The position numbers and the translations under genes were made by a program. A stretch of 64,000 bases of DNA from an uncultured Alphaproteobacteria bacterium (GTDB lineage Bacteria > Pseudomonadota > Alphaproteobacteria > Rhizobiales > Xanthobacteraceae): contig CAWFZR010000005.1 of assembly GCA_963820365.1 (NCBI GenBank), positions 6,852 through 70,851 of the forward strand, read 5' to 3'. Of this stretch, positions 19,368 through 28,266 are shown piece after piece. Position 1 is the stretch's first letter. The number at the start of each line of letters is the position of its first letter. Under the pieces are notes generated by a model. It saw only the letters and a program-made list of their open reading frames with translations, made no database searches and was not told where the DNA came from.

Positions 19368-20086
19368 GCCAGTCTCGCCTTGCGTCCCAGGTAGCTCTCG
19401 ATCACCTTCGGATTGGAGCCGATCTCGGCAGGCGTGCCCTCGGCAAGCTTCTCGCCGTGATGCAGAACGATGACGCGGCCGGCCAGGGCCATCACGACGC
19501 GCATGACGTGCTCGATCAGCAGCACGGTCATGCCCTCGGCGTGGAGCTCGCGCACGACCGACACGATGCGGTCGGTTTCCGCCGGCCGCAGCCCGGCCAT
19601 CACTTCGTCGAGCAGGAGCACGCGCGGGCGCGCGGCGAGCGCGCGCGCCAGCTCCAGCATCTTGCGGTCCGGCAGGGTGAGGCTCATCGCCGGGGCATCG
19701 GATTTGCCCGCGAGCCCGATGCGCGAGATGACCGCGGCGGCACGCTCGGCGGCGGCCGCAACGTCGGAGGTGCGGGCGAGCGCCCCCAGCATCACATTCT
19801 CCAATACCGTCATCCCACCCATTGGCCGCACGTTCTGGAACGTCCGAACCAGGCCGCGCAGCGCGATCTCTTCCGGCGCAAGGGCGGTGATGTCCTTGCC
19901 GTCAAGCAATACGGAGCCCGATGTCGGCGCGAGCGCGCCCGCGATCAGGTTGAAGCACGTGGTCTTGCCGGCGCCATTGGGACCGATCAGCGCGACGATT
20001 TCCTTGGGTCGAACCTCGAACGAGACATCGCTGACTGCGAGAAGACCGCGGAAACGCTTGGTCAGGCCACGCACCCCAAGCATCAC
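19364..20086 (-). CDS. Branched-chain-amino-acid-type ABC transporter ATP-binding protein (LivG-like)
   Basis: GPNGAGKTT and LLLDEVMAGL. 4-nt overlap with the downstream gene. Confidence 0.9.
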   Translation of the reverse strand: MMLGVRGLTKRFRGLLAVSDVSFEVRPKEIVALIGPNGAGKTTCFNLIAGALAPTSGSVLLDGKDITALAPEEIALRGLVRTFQNVRPMGGMTVLENVMLGALARTSDVAAAAERAAAVISRIGLAGKSDAPAMSLTLPDRKMLELARALAARPRVLLLDEVMAGLRPAETDRIVSVVRELHAEGMTVLLIEHVMRVVMALAGRVIVLHHGEKLAEGTPAEIGSNPKVIESYLGRKARLA

Positions 20087-21060
20087 GTCGAAACCCGGAA
20101 TTTTGCGAGCCGCAAGAGCCGCGGCCAGATGCCGTCGGGCAGGAAGGCAATGACGGCGAGGATCACGATCCCGTAGATCAGCGTGTTGAGGCCGTAGAAG
20201 CCGATCCGCTGACTCAGCACGTTGGAGAATTCCATCAACGGAACGACGAGGAACGCACCGATGAGCGGACCGAAGGCAGAGCCCAGGCCGCCGATGATCG
20301 GTGCGATCAGGATCTCGATCGACATCCGCATCCCCATCACCGAATCAGGAAACAGGCTGCCCTGCATCAGGCCGAACAGACCTCCCCCCACGCCCGCCAG
20401 TCCGGCGCTGATGGCGACCACGAAGACCTTGCTGCGCAGCGCCGGCACACCGAGGGCGCGCGCGGCGTCCTCGTCCTCCCTGAGGCCACGCCAGCGATAG
20501 CCCCAGCGCGACGCCATCAATCGATCGATCAGGAAATAGGCGGCGGCGGTGACAACGAGAAATGCGAGATAGAAAAACAGCGTACCGCCGCGCAAGCTCG
20601 CGAGCGGCCGGTTGGCGTCCGGATTGATCGCTTTGAGGAAGAAGCCGCCGGTGCCGCCGACCAGATCCCAATTGTCGAAGAGGACGCGGAACAGCTCGGC
20701 AAACGCGATGGTCAGCAGCGCGAACTGCACGCCGCGCACCGAGAATCGTGCGCCCAGCCATGTCAGCGCGCTGCCCACGATCGCCGAGATGACAGCGCCG
20801 GCCGCGATCGCGAGCCAAGGGTTCACTCCGCCTGCCGCAGACAAGACCGCCGTCGCGTAGGCACCGATCCCGAGAAACAGCGCGTGCCCGAGGGAGAGCA
20901 GGCCCGCGCTCATCATCAGGTTCCAGCTCAAGCCCATGTAGGCGTAGAAGAAGACAAGCGTGAGCAGGCTCTGCCAGAACGCATCCATGAGCGGGCCCGC
21001 CGCCGCCATCGCCGCAAAGAAGACGAGCGCCGGCCAGTGCGACGATCGATGCAGCGTCAT
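20083..21060 (-). CDS. ABC transporter permease (LivM-like)
   Basis: 325 aa polytopic protein. Operon position between the LivH-like and LivG-like genes. Confidence 0.9.
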   Translation of the reverse strand: MTLHRSSHWPALVFFAAMAAAGPLMDAFWQSLLTLVFFYAYMGLSWNLMMSAGLLSLGHALFLGIGAYATAVLSAAGGVNPWLAIAAGAVISAIVGSALTWLGARFSVRGVQFALLTIAFAELFRVLFDNWDLVGGTGGFFLKAINPDANRPLASLRGGTLFFYLAFLVVTAAAYFLIDRLMASRWGYRWRGLREDEDAARALGVPALRSKVFVVAISAGLAGVGGGLFGLMQGSLFPDSVMGMRMSIEILIAPIIGGLGSAFGPLIGAFLVVPLMEFSNVLSQRIGFYGLNTLIYGIVILAVIAFLPDGIWPRLLRLAKFRVST

Positions 21061-21083
21061 CTACGCATCCGCGTTGTCATGGG

Positions 21084-21956
21084 TCATGACCGTTGTGGCT
21101 CCCCGAACAGTCCGTTCGGCCGCAGCACGAGAACAACCACCAGGAGCGCGTAGGAAAACACCGTCTTGAGCGCCGGGGAGACCGTAAGCGCCGCAACCGC
21201 TTCGGCGACCCCGATCAGCACTCCGCCGAGGAGCGCGCCCGTCAGGCTCCCGAGGCCGCCGACGATCACGATGATGAATGCAATGAGCGTGAAATCGGTC
21301 GCCAGAAACGGCTGGGTGTCGAACAGCGGCGCGATCAGGGCTCCGGCAGCGCCGGCGCACGCCATGCCGATGCCGGCGGTCACCGCGTAGACGCTGCGCA
21401 CGCGGATGCCGATCACCTGCGCGCCGATGAGATTATCGGCGGCGGCGCGGATCGAGGTGCCGAGCCTGGAATATTTCAAGAACAGCATCAGGAGGCCGAT
21501 CAGGCCGAGCGCCATCGCCGCGGCCTGCGTGCGCACGACATCGAGACGCAGTGGTCCGATCGCATAGGACTGCATGCTCTCGATGATCTGGATCGGCCGC
21601 GGATCCGGGCCGAACAGGACGAGGTGCAGTCCGGTGATGATCAGCGCAAACGAGATGAACAGGATGAATTGCGCGTGCTGGGGACGATCGATGAACGCAT
21701 TCACGATCGCTTTCTGCAGGACGTATCCCAGCGCGAACAACATGAGACCGGCGACCGGCGCCAGCGTCCACGGCGGCAGCCGGGTCGCCGACCACAGCTC
21801 ATAGCCGGCATACATGCCGATCACGACCATCTCGCCATGCGCGAAGTTCACCACGCGCATGACGCCGAAGATGATGGTCAGGCCGAGCGCGATGAGCGCG
21901 TAGACCACGCCGATCAGGATCCCGCCGCTGATCACGTTGAGGTAGAGACTGGTCAC
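21084..21956 (-). CDS. ABC transporter permease (LivH-like)
   Basis: Starts at GTG 21956 (VTSLYLNVISGGILIGVVYALIALGL..). The upstream part of the track ORF is translation of a REP element. Confidence 0.85.
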   Translation of the reverse strand: MTSLYLNVISGGILIGVVYALIALGLTIIFGVMRVVNFAHGEMVVIGMYAGYELWSATRLPPWTLAPVAGLMLFALGYVLQKAIVNAFIDRPQHAQFILFISFALIITGLHLVLFGPDPRPIQIIESMQSYAIGPLRLDVVRTQAAAMALGLIGLLMLFLKYSRLGTSIRAAADNLIGAQVIGIRVRSVYAVTAGIGMACAGAAGALIAPLFDTQPFLATDFTLIAFIIVIVGGLGSLTGALLGGVLIGVAEAVAALTVSPALKTVFSYALLVVVLVLRPNGLFGEPQRS

Positions 21957-21994
21957 GGCCGGGCGCCGCAAATTTGAGCGATCTCGCAGATCTC

Positions 21995-22025
21995 GTAGGA
22001 TGGGTTGAGCGCAGCGAAACCCATC
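21995..22025. repeat. REP element GTAGGATGGGTTGAGCGCAGCGAAACCCATC
   Basis: Hairpin GATGGGTT..AACCCATC. Inverted copy of the element at 22323-22354. Confidence 0.8.
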
Positions 22026-22052
22026 ATCCATCACCTCTCGCCGAACGTCGCC

Positions 22053-22301
22053 TCATGATGTGCGACATCGCCTCCCCAGTCTGCGGGATAGAGCCCGAGC
22101 CGCACCATTCGATGAAAGGAGGAATAGATCCGGAAGGACAACAATCGCACCGATCGTGAACGGATGGCGTGCCCGTGCATAACGAAAGACCCCCCGCAGA
22201 GTGTTGACATGCTGGGTGAGAAGCCGCAGACGGCGGTCAGCGAGATTGACTGTGAAGAAGTAGCTGCCGCCCGGAACGAAGTTGCGCCGATAGTTCGTCA
22301 T
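22053..22301 (-). pseudogene. REP-associated tyrosine transposase (RAYT, IS200/IS605-like Y1), C-terminally truncated
   Basis: MTNYRRNFVPGGSYFFTVNLADRRLRLLTQHVNTLRGVFRYARARHPFTIGAIVVLPD matches the RAYT N-terminal half. Homology ends where the HxH block is expected (..VVLPD|LFLLSS). Confidence 0.75.
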
Positions 22302-22322
22302 CTCGCTGTTCGCGATGCTCGC

Positions 22323-22354
22323 GATGGGTTTCGCTGGCGCTCAACCCATCCTAC
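22323..22354. repeat. REP element GATGGGTTTCGCTGGCGCTCAACCCATCCTAC
   Basis: Reverse complement (1 indel) of the 21995-22025 element, giving an inverted REP pair around the RAYT remnant. Confidence 0.8.
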
Positions 22355-22374
22355 GATATCGTCTCTTCATTCAC

Positions 22375-23643
22375 TTACCGCTTGTCGAACGGCACCAGGG
22401 GAAATACCGCCTTGGCCTCGCTCGCGTCCGCCGGGCTCACCACCACCGGCTTGGCGTTCTGGTTCTGCAGCATCACGCCGCCGATATTCGGATTCTGCCC
22501 CTTCTCGTCGAAGCGGATGGGGCCGCCATAGATGATATGGTCGGCGATGTCGGTGGTCTTGAGCGCGGCGTGGATGGCGGCCGGATCGGCCGAGTTGGCG
22601 CGCCTGATGGCGTCGGCTGCGATCTCGACGGCCTCGAACGCGAAGGCCGCGTTGAGGTCGAAGCGGTCGCCGGTCTCGCGCTCGAACCGGTCGGCGATCT
22701 CGCGCGAGCGCTTCTTCGTCGGGTTGTACCAGGGAACGCAGGACATGTAGCCGTCGGCGTATTTCCCCAACGCATCGGTGAATGCCTTCTCGTAGGGACC
22801 GGGGCTGCCCGGGCTGATGATGCCCATGGGCGACCAGCTCTGCTTGACCATCTCGCGGATCATCAGGATGGCGTCGCTCACCCGGGTGATCGGCATCAGC
22901 AGGTCCGCGCCGACCGCCTTGGCCTTGGCGACCTCGACCGAAAGATCGCGCGCGCGCACGTCGTAGGAAATACGATCCAGAATCCTGATCGGGACTTGCA
23001 GGCGCTCCCACAGCGCGTCGACGCCCTTGATGACGCCTTGCCCGAACGTGTCGTTGACGTGGAGGATGACGGCCGTCCTCGGCTCCACGCCGGTGGTCGC
23101 GCCGAGCTCCTTGATGCGGGCGACCGCATTGGCGACCAGCGCCGTTGCCGGCGGGAAATTCCTGAAGATCTGCGTAAAGCCCTGCTCGGTGATCTGCGGC
23201 GCCGACGCGATATTGATGAGGAAGGGAATCTTCGCCGCTTCCGCCGCTTGCGCGACCGAGATGGTGCTGCCGGAATCGTTGGTTCCGATCAGCAGCGTGG
23301 CGCCGTCGCGGATGAGACGCTCGGCGACGATGCGGCCGCTCTCGGGCTTGGATTCGGCATCGCCGTAGACGAACTCCATCGGCGGACCGCCGGCCTCCTT
23401 GACGATCTTGGCTCCGAACTCGTTGCCCTTGCGGGTCTGCTGGCCCATGAAGGACTGCACGCCGGTGAGATAGAGAATGACCCCGATCTTTACCGGCGCC
23501 GCCTGCGCCAGCAGCCGGTGTGGCACGACGGCGGTGCCCAGGGCCCCTGCCCCGCCGGCCAGGAACCGGCGTCGGCTGACGCTTGCGCGGCCGGGCATGG
23601 CGCGTTTTGACATGGTACGTTCGGTCATGGTGCGCTCGGTCAT
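22375..23643 (-). CDS. ABC transporter substrate-binding protein (Liv/amide-urea type) with Tat-like signal
   Basis: SRRRFLAGGAGALGTAVVP, then PVKIGVILYLTG. Start ambiguous because of a 15-bp tandem duplication (MTERT-MTERT-MSKRAM). Confidence 0.85.
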   Translation of the reverse strand: MTERTMTERTMSKRAMPGRASVSRRRFLAGGAGALGTAVVPHRLLAQAAPVKIGVILYLTGVQSFMGQQTRKGNEFGAKIVKEAGGPPMEFVYGDAESKPESGRIVAERLIRDGATLLIGTNDSGSTISVAQAAEAAKIPFLINIASAPQITEQGFTQIFRNFPPATALVANAVARIKELGATTGVEPRTAVILHVNDTFGQGVIKGVDALWERLQVPIRILDRISYDVRARDLSVEVAKAKAVGADLLMPITRVSDAILMIREMVKQSWSPMGIISPGSPGPYEKAFTDALGKYADGYMSCVPWYNPTKKRSREIADRFERETGDRFDLNAAFAFEAVEIAADAIRRANSADPAAIHAALKTTDIADHIIYGGPIRFDEKGQNPNIGGVMLQNQNAKPVVVSPADASEAKAVFPLVPFDKR

Positions 23644-23751
23644 GGCGAAGCTTCCTGTTTTGCCACCGGAGCCTACCCTATTCCTTCCCCAGCCGAAGTC
23701 GGATTTATCCGGCTTCGGCGACCTGATAGATGAGCTCGGGTATATCCGAGC

Positions 23752-24234
23752 TCATGCGGGGGAGGCAGGGCGGGGGTATTGGGCGTGGACGTCCTCGATC
23801 GCCTGGATGATCGAGAGATATCCGGTGCAACGGCACAAATTCCCGGCGAGCTCGGAGCGAATGCGCGCGCGGTCGAGATCGGGAATGCGCGAGAGCATGT
23901 CATAGGCGGTCGCAAGCATTCCCGGGGTGCAGAACCCGCATTGCAGGGCATGGCGCAGATTGAAGGCCTTGCGGATTGCCGCCATCAAGGCATCGCCCTC
24001 ATAGCCTTCGACCGTTCGCACCTGTCTGCCGTCCGCGGCCGCCGCCAGCGTGATACAGGAGCGGACCGGTTCTCCGTCCAACAACAGCGTGCAGGCGCCG
24101 CAGACGCCGTGCTCGCATCCGACATGGGTGCCGGTGAGCAGGCAGTGATCGCGGACAAAATCGGCGAGGGAAAGACGATCGTCGACCGAGCGCGATATAT
24201 CTTCGCCGTTGAGACGGACGGTGACCGCTTTCAT
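23752..24234 (-). CDS. (2Fe-2S)-binding small subunit of a CoxSML-type molybdo-hydroxylase
   Basis: GCEHGVCGACTLL and CGFCTPGM...CRCTGY clusters. ATG 24234 overlaps the stop of the upstream FAD-subunit gene (ATGA). Confidence 0.9.
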   Translation of the reverse strand: MKAVTVRLNGEDISRSVDDRLSLADFVRDHCLLTGTHVGCEHGVCGACTLLLDGEPVRSCITLAAAADGRQVRTVEGYEGDALMAAIRKAFNLRHALQCGFCTPGMLATAYDMLSRIPDLDRARIRSELAGNLCRCTGYLSIIQAIEDVHAQYPRPASPA

Positions 24235-25060
24235 GCGTGCAAATCCCGGATGGCGCGCAACAGGATCGCCCGATGCATGCTCCAATCGGCCTGCGCGACC
24301 TGCGCGCTTTTCAAGTCAGCCACGATCGCGGCATCGAGCGTTTCCGCGCCGGGCGCCGTCCGCATTGCGGCCACGAGCTCCGATGTCCGCGCCATGCGCG
24401 CCGGCAGCTCGCTGCGGCGGCCCAGCACGACATGCGATGAGCCGCGCTGCGGATCGACGACGGCGACCGCCATCGACTCCGCAAAATCACCCTTTTCCTT
24501 GCGTACTTCGCGTGGCCCCAGCGGCCGCTCGCAGACAGCCGCGGCACCAGGACACGCGTGACCAGTTGCCCTTTCGCGAGGACCGTCTCCAGCGCGCCGG
24601 TGAGGAAGGCCGCAACCTCAATGCGACGTTTTCCGTTCGCGCCTTGCAGCTCGAGCGACGCATCGAGCGCGATCATGGCGGTGAGCCAATCCGCGGCCGG
24701 ATCGGCATGCGCCAGGCTGCCGCCGATGGTGCCGCGGTTGCGCACCGCGCGATAGGCGATGGCGCGGGCGACATGCGCCAGCAGCCCGGCGGTGACATCG
24801 GGTATCCTTCCGTCCTCGATTTGAGCGTGCGTCACGCAGGCGCCGATGGCGAGCATGTCGTCCTCGACCGCCGCCTGGCGCAGCTCGTCGAGGCGCGAGA
24901 TATCAACGACGTGCTTGGGCTGCGCCAATCTAAGATTGAGCAGGGGACCGAGCGATTGTCCTCCCGCGATGACGCGCGCGTCCTCCGCGGCCTCGTTGAG
25001 AGCACCGATCGCGTGCGCGAGCAACTCGGGGCGAAGATATGCGAATTGCGCGGGCTTCAT
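24231..25060 (-). pseudogene. FAD-binding medium subunit (CoxM-like), frameshifted
   Basis: N-terminal 190 aa are in ORF 24311..25060 (..IAGGQSLGPLLNLR..). The C-terminus (..KGDFAESMAVAVVDPQRG...RAIRDLHA) is in ORF 24231..24473. The frames meet near the CCCTTTTCCTT run (~24490-24505). Confidence 0.8.
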
Positions 25061-25071
25061 GGCTACATAGT

Positions 25072-27453
25072 CTAGCCCGAGCGGGCGCGAAAAATCGCGG
25101 CGCGCACCCGCGCCGCCGTGATCGGGGTTTCGTAGACCGCTGCACCGAGCGGGCGCAGCGCGTCGTTGACCGCATTGGCGATCGCGGCGGGCGGACCGAT
25201 CGCGCCGTTCTCTCCGACGCCCTTCATTCCGAGCATCGCGAACGGGGAAGGCGTCTCCATGAACTCGAGCTTGACATCCGGAATAGAGGGCGCGGTCGGC
25301 GGTGAATAGTCCGCGAGCGTGGTCGCCGTCGGCTGGCCGAGCTCGTCGTACGTGCTCTCTTCATAGAGCGCATTGCCGAGCCCGTTCGAGAAGCCGCCGA
25401 TGACCTGGCCTTCCACCAGCAGCGGATTGACCCGCGTGCCACAGTCGGCGACGATCGCGTAGTCGATCAACTCGACGCTGCCGACCTCGGGATCGACCGC
25501 GACCGCCGCGGCATGCGCGGAGTATGCAAAGACGCCGGCGTCATGGGCCTTGTGGCCGGCGGAGGCGGTGAGGCCCGCCGCGTCCATGTCTGCCGGCAGA
25601 TCTTCCGGATGGTGGTACCAGGCGCGTCCGATCTCCGCGAGCTCGACGCTGCCTTGCGGGCCCTGCACCCGGCCATTCTCGATGCGGGCATCCGCTTCCT
25701 TGCACTGCAGGAGATGCGCGCCGATTCTCACGATCGGAGCGCACAGAGCCCGGCAAGCCTCGACGACGGCGCCGCCGGTCGTCACCATGGAACGGGAGGC
25801 GTAGGTGCCGGTTCCGGCGGGCGAGGTCGATGTATCGCCGAAACGCACCGATACCTTGCGCGGATCGATCCCGAGGATCTCGTTCGCGAGCTGGGCGAAT
25901 GCCGTCTCGTGCCCCTGGCCGTGCGAATGCGAGCCCACTTCCAGGATCAATTCCCCGTCGCCGGTCAGCCGTGCGACCGCAGGCTCCATGCCGGGAACGA
26001 GCTCGATCCCCCATGCGGCATAGCCGAACGGTCCGGTACCGTAGGCGGTCTGCTCGTAGAACGAGGCAAAGCCGACGCCGATCAGGCGGCCATCGGGCTC
26101 ACGCTTCTGTTGGCGCGCGCGCATGGCGGTGAGCCCGATGAGCTCCGCGGCGCGCCTGAGCGCAGCGGCGTAATCTCCGCCGTCCAGAGTTTTCTTGGTG
26201 ACGGACACATAGGGCATCTGCGCCGGGCGAACGAAATTTCGCAGCCGCGCTTCGAGCGGATCGATGCCGACGGCGTCGGCGACGCCGTCGATGACGACCT
26301 CATGACCGCAGCAGGACAAGGGACGGGCAACTCCGCGGAACGGCTGGCCGGCCGGCTTGTTGCTCACGACGTTGATGGCGCGGCCGCGGAACGCGCGGAT
26401 ATCGTAGCAGCCCTGCATGTTGCCGATCGCCAGGCCGCCTTCGATACCCGCGGGCCAGGGCCATGGCGAGTAGGCGCCCGAATCGACCATCACCTCGCTT
26501 TCCAGGCCGAGAATGCGGCCATCCGCGTCGGCATAGGCGATGATCTTGCAGTGGTAATCGCGGCAGTTCGCGTCACAGACGAGCGATTCGTAACGGTCCT
26601 GGATCCACCGCACGGGACGGCGCAGCTTCATGGCCGCCCATGCCACCGCGACCGTTTCGCTCTCGACGTAGGTCTTGAGACCGAAGGATGCGCCGACATC
26701 GGGGGCGACCACGCGCAACCGCCGCTGACTGATGCCGAGAACCTGCGCAAGGCCGATCTGCAGGGGAACCGGCAGCTGATGCGCGACATAGACCACGAGC
26801 TCATCGAGCCGGCCGTCGTAGGACGCAATGCAGGCGCGACCTTCCAGCGGCAACGGGTGCATCCGGTTCATGCGGAAGCTGCGCTCGACGATGTGAGCGG
26901 CGGCGGCCTTGGCAGCGGCGAGATCGCCGCCTTCGAGCTTCATGTCGACGAGGACATTGCCGCCCCATTCCTCGTGGACGAGGGGCGCTCCGGCCGCGAG
27001 CGCATCCCACATCGACACGACCGGCGCCAACTGCTCAAACTCGATCTCCACCAAAGCCGCGATGTCTTCTGCTTGCGCCGGAGAGGAGGCGACCGCCATC
27101 GCGATCGGCTCGCCGACGTGCCTTGCCTTCTCGAGCGCGAGCACCGGCCAATCCGACGGCTTGAAGCCCGGCAGCTTGGCGGTCGATCGAATCCTGCGAA
27201 TGCCTGCGAGATCGGCGGCGCAAAAGACCTGCTTCTCGAATCCCGACGGCTTCTTGATTGCCAGGATCCGGGCATGCGCGTGCGGGCTGCGGACGAATGC
27301 GGCGTGCAAGGTGCCGGGCAGCGCAATGTCGGCGCAAAATTGCCCTCGTCCTGCGAGGAAGCGCTCGTCCTCGAGCCGAGGCAGACTTGCTCCGACGCCA
27401 AAACCGCTCACCTTTGAACTCCCGAAGGCTGCGCAGATTTCTTTGAGATGCAT
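25072..27453 (-). CDS. Molybdopterin-binding large subunit (CoxL/xanthine-dehydrogenase family)
   Basis: ~793 aa. GASLPRLEDERFLAGRGQF N-terminal hallmark. Start at MHLKEI (27453) is a choice; the track ORF starts at 27495. Confidence 0.9.
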   Translation of the reverse strand: MHLKEICAAFGSSKVSGFGVGASLPRLEDERFLAGRGQFCADIALPGTLHAAFVRSPHAHARILAIKKPSGFEKQVFCAADLAGIRRIRSTAKLPGFKPSDWPVLALEKARHVGEPIAMAVASSPAQAEDIAALVEIEFEQLAPVVSMWDALAAGAPLVHEEWGGNVLVDMKLEGGDLAAAKAAAAHIVERSFRMNRMHPLPLEGRACIASYDGRLDELVVYVAHQLPVPLQIGLAQVLGISQRRLRVVAPDVGASFGLKTYVESETVAVAWAAMKLRRPVRWIQDRYESLVCDANCRDYHCKIIAYADADGRILGLESEVMVDSGAYSPWPWPAGIEGGLAIGNMQGCYDIRAFRGRAINVVSNKPAGQPFRGVARPLSCCGHEVVIDGVADAVGIDPLEARLRNFVRPAQMPYVSVTKKTLDGGDYAAALRRAAELIGLTAMRARQQKREPDGRLIGVGFASFYEQTAYGTGPFGYAAWGIELVPGMEPAVARLTGDGELILEVGSHSHGQGHETAFAQLANEILGIDPRKVSVRFGDTSTSPAGTGTYASRSMVTTGGAVVEACRALCAPIVRIGAHLLQCKEADARIENGRVQGPQGSVELAEIGRAWYHHPEDLPADMDAAGLTASAGHKAHDAGVFAYSAHAAAVAVDPEVGSVELIDYAIVADCGTRVNPLLVEGQVIGGFSNGLGNALYEESTYDELGQPTATTLADYSPPTAPSIPDVKLEFMETPSPFAMLGMKGVGENGAIGPPAAIANAVNDALRPLGAAVYETPITAARVRAAIFRARSG

Positions 27454-27604
27454 CCGCCGATCTGTCTTGCGGCGGCAACACGGCAAGTCTCGCAATGCCG
27501 ATCTGGATTTTGCATTGAGTTTAGATTATCGGGTCTACTCGCTCGGTCAACAGCGTGGCGCTGGAGCCATCCTTGAAACGAGCGATGTCGATGGGAGAAC
27601 GGTC

Positions 27605-28012
27605 ATGGCGCGGCTACGCCATTTCGCTGTTTGTGTCCGCGATCTCGAAAAATCGGCGAAGTTCTATTCGCAGGTGTTCGATCTCGCGGAGGTCGGGCGC
27701 GAAAACCTCGACATCGGCTCGGCGATCTACATGAGCGATGGCGTCATCAATCTCGCACTGCTGAAGTTCGCCGGCAGCAGGGGAAACGACATCGCCGGTG
27801 ATCCGACCAAGGCGGTCGGCGCCAACCATTTCGGTTTTCAGGTCGATGACCTCGAAGAAACGCAAAGGCGCATCGAGGCGGCGGGCGGGACGTTCTTCTT
27901 CGACCTCGGCGACGAGCGGCACGGCAACTTCGAGCGCAAGTTCAAGGATCCGGACGGGGTCGTGTTCGATATCTCCCAGCATGGCTGGATCGGAACCGAC
28001 GGCCGGCGGTGA
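27605..28012 (+). CDS. VOC (glyoxalase/bleomycin-resistance/dioxygenase) family protein
   Basis: 135 aa. MARLRHFAVCVRDLEKSAKFYSQVF ... HFGFQVDDLE ... FKDPDGVVFDI are typical VOC beta-alpha-beta-beta-beta modules. Confidence 0.85.
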   Translation: MARLRHFAVCVRDLEKSAKFYSQVFDLAEVGRENLDIGSAIYMSDGVINLALLKFAGSRGNDIAGDPTKAVGANHFGFQVDDLEETQRRIEAAGGTFFFDLGDERHGNFERKFKDPDGVVFDISQHGWIGTDGRR

Positions 28013-28039
28013 TCCGAACGGGTTGGCGGCGGCCCCCCG

Positions 28040-28160
28040 GAATTTCCAATCCGTCCGCCGTCATTCCCCGCGAATGCGGGGAATCCAGTATTCCCGCACG
28101 AGCGAGTGAGGCAACTCCCGGCATCTGTGATTACTGGGTCGTCCGTTTTCGCGGACGATG
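28040..28160. repeat. REP-like palindromic element
   Basis: CGTCATTCCCCGCGAATGCGGGGAATCC ... GGTCGTCCGTTTTCGCGGACGATGACG. Two hairpins with complementary outer arms (CGTCAT / ATGACG). Confidence 0.6.
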
Positions 28161-28266
28161 ACGATCGAAGATGCGGTGGCGCCTTCAACGAAACGCGGTG
28201 AGCGTTGCATCACGCTCGCCGAGGGCGCATCATCGCAAGCTCGCAACTCGGCAGGAGCGGCTCGTC

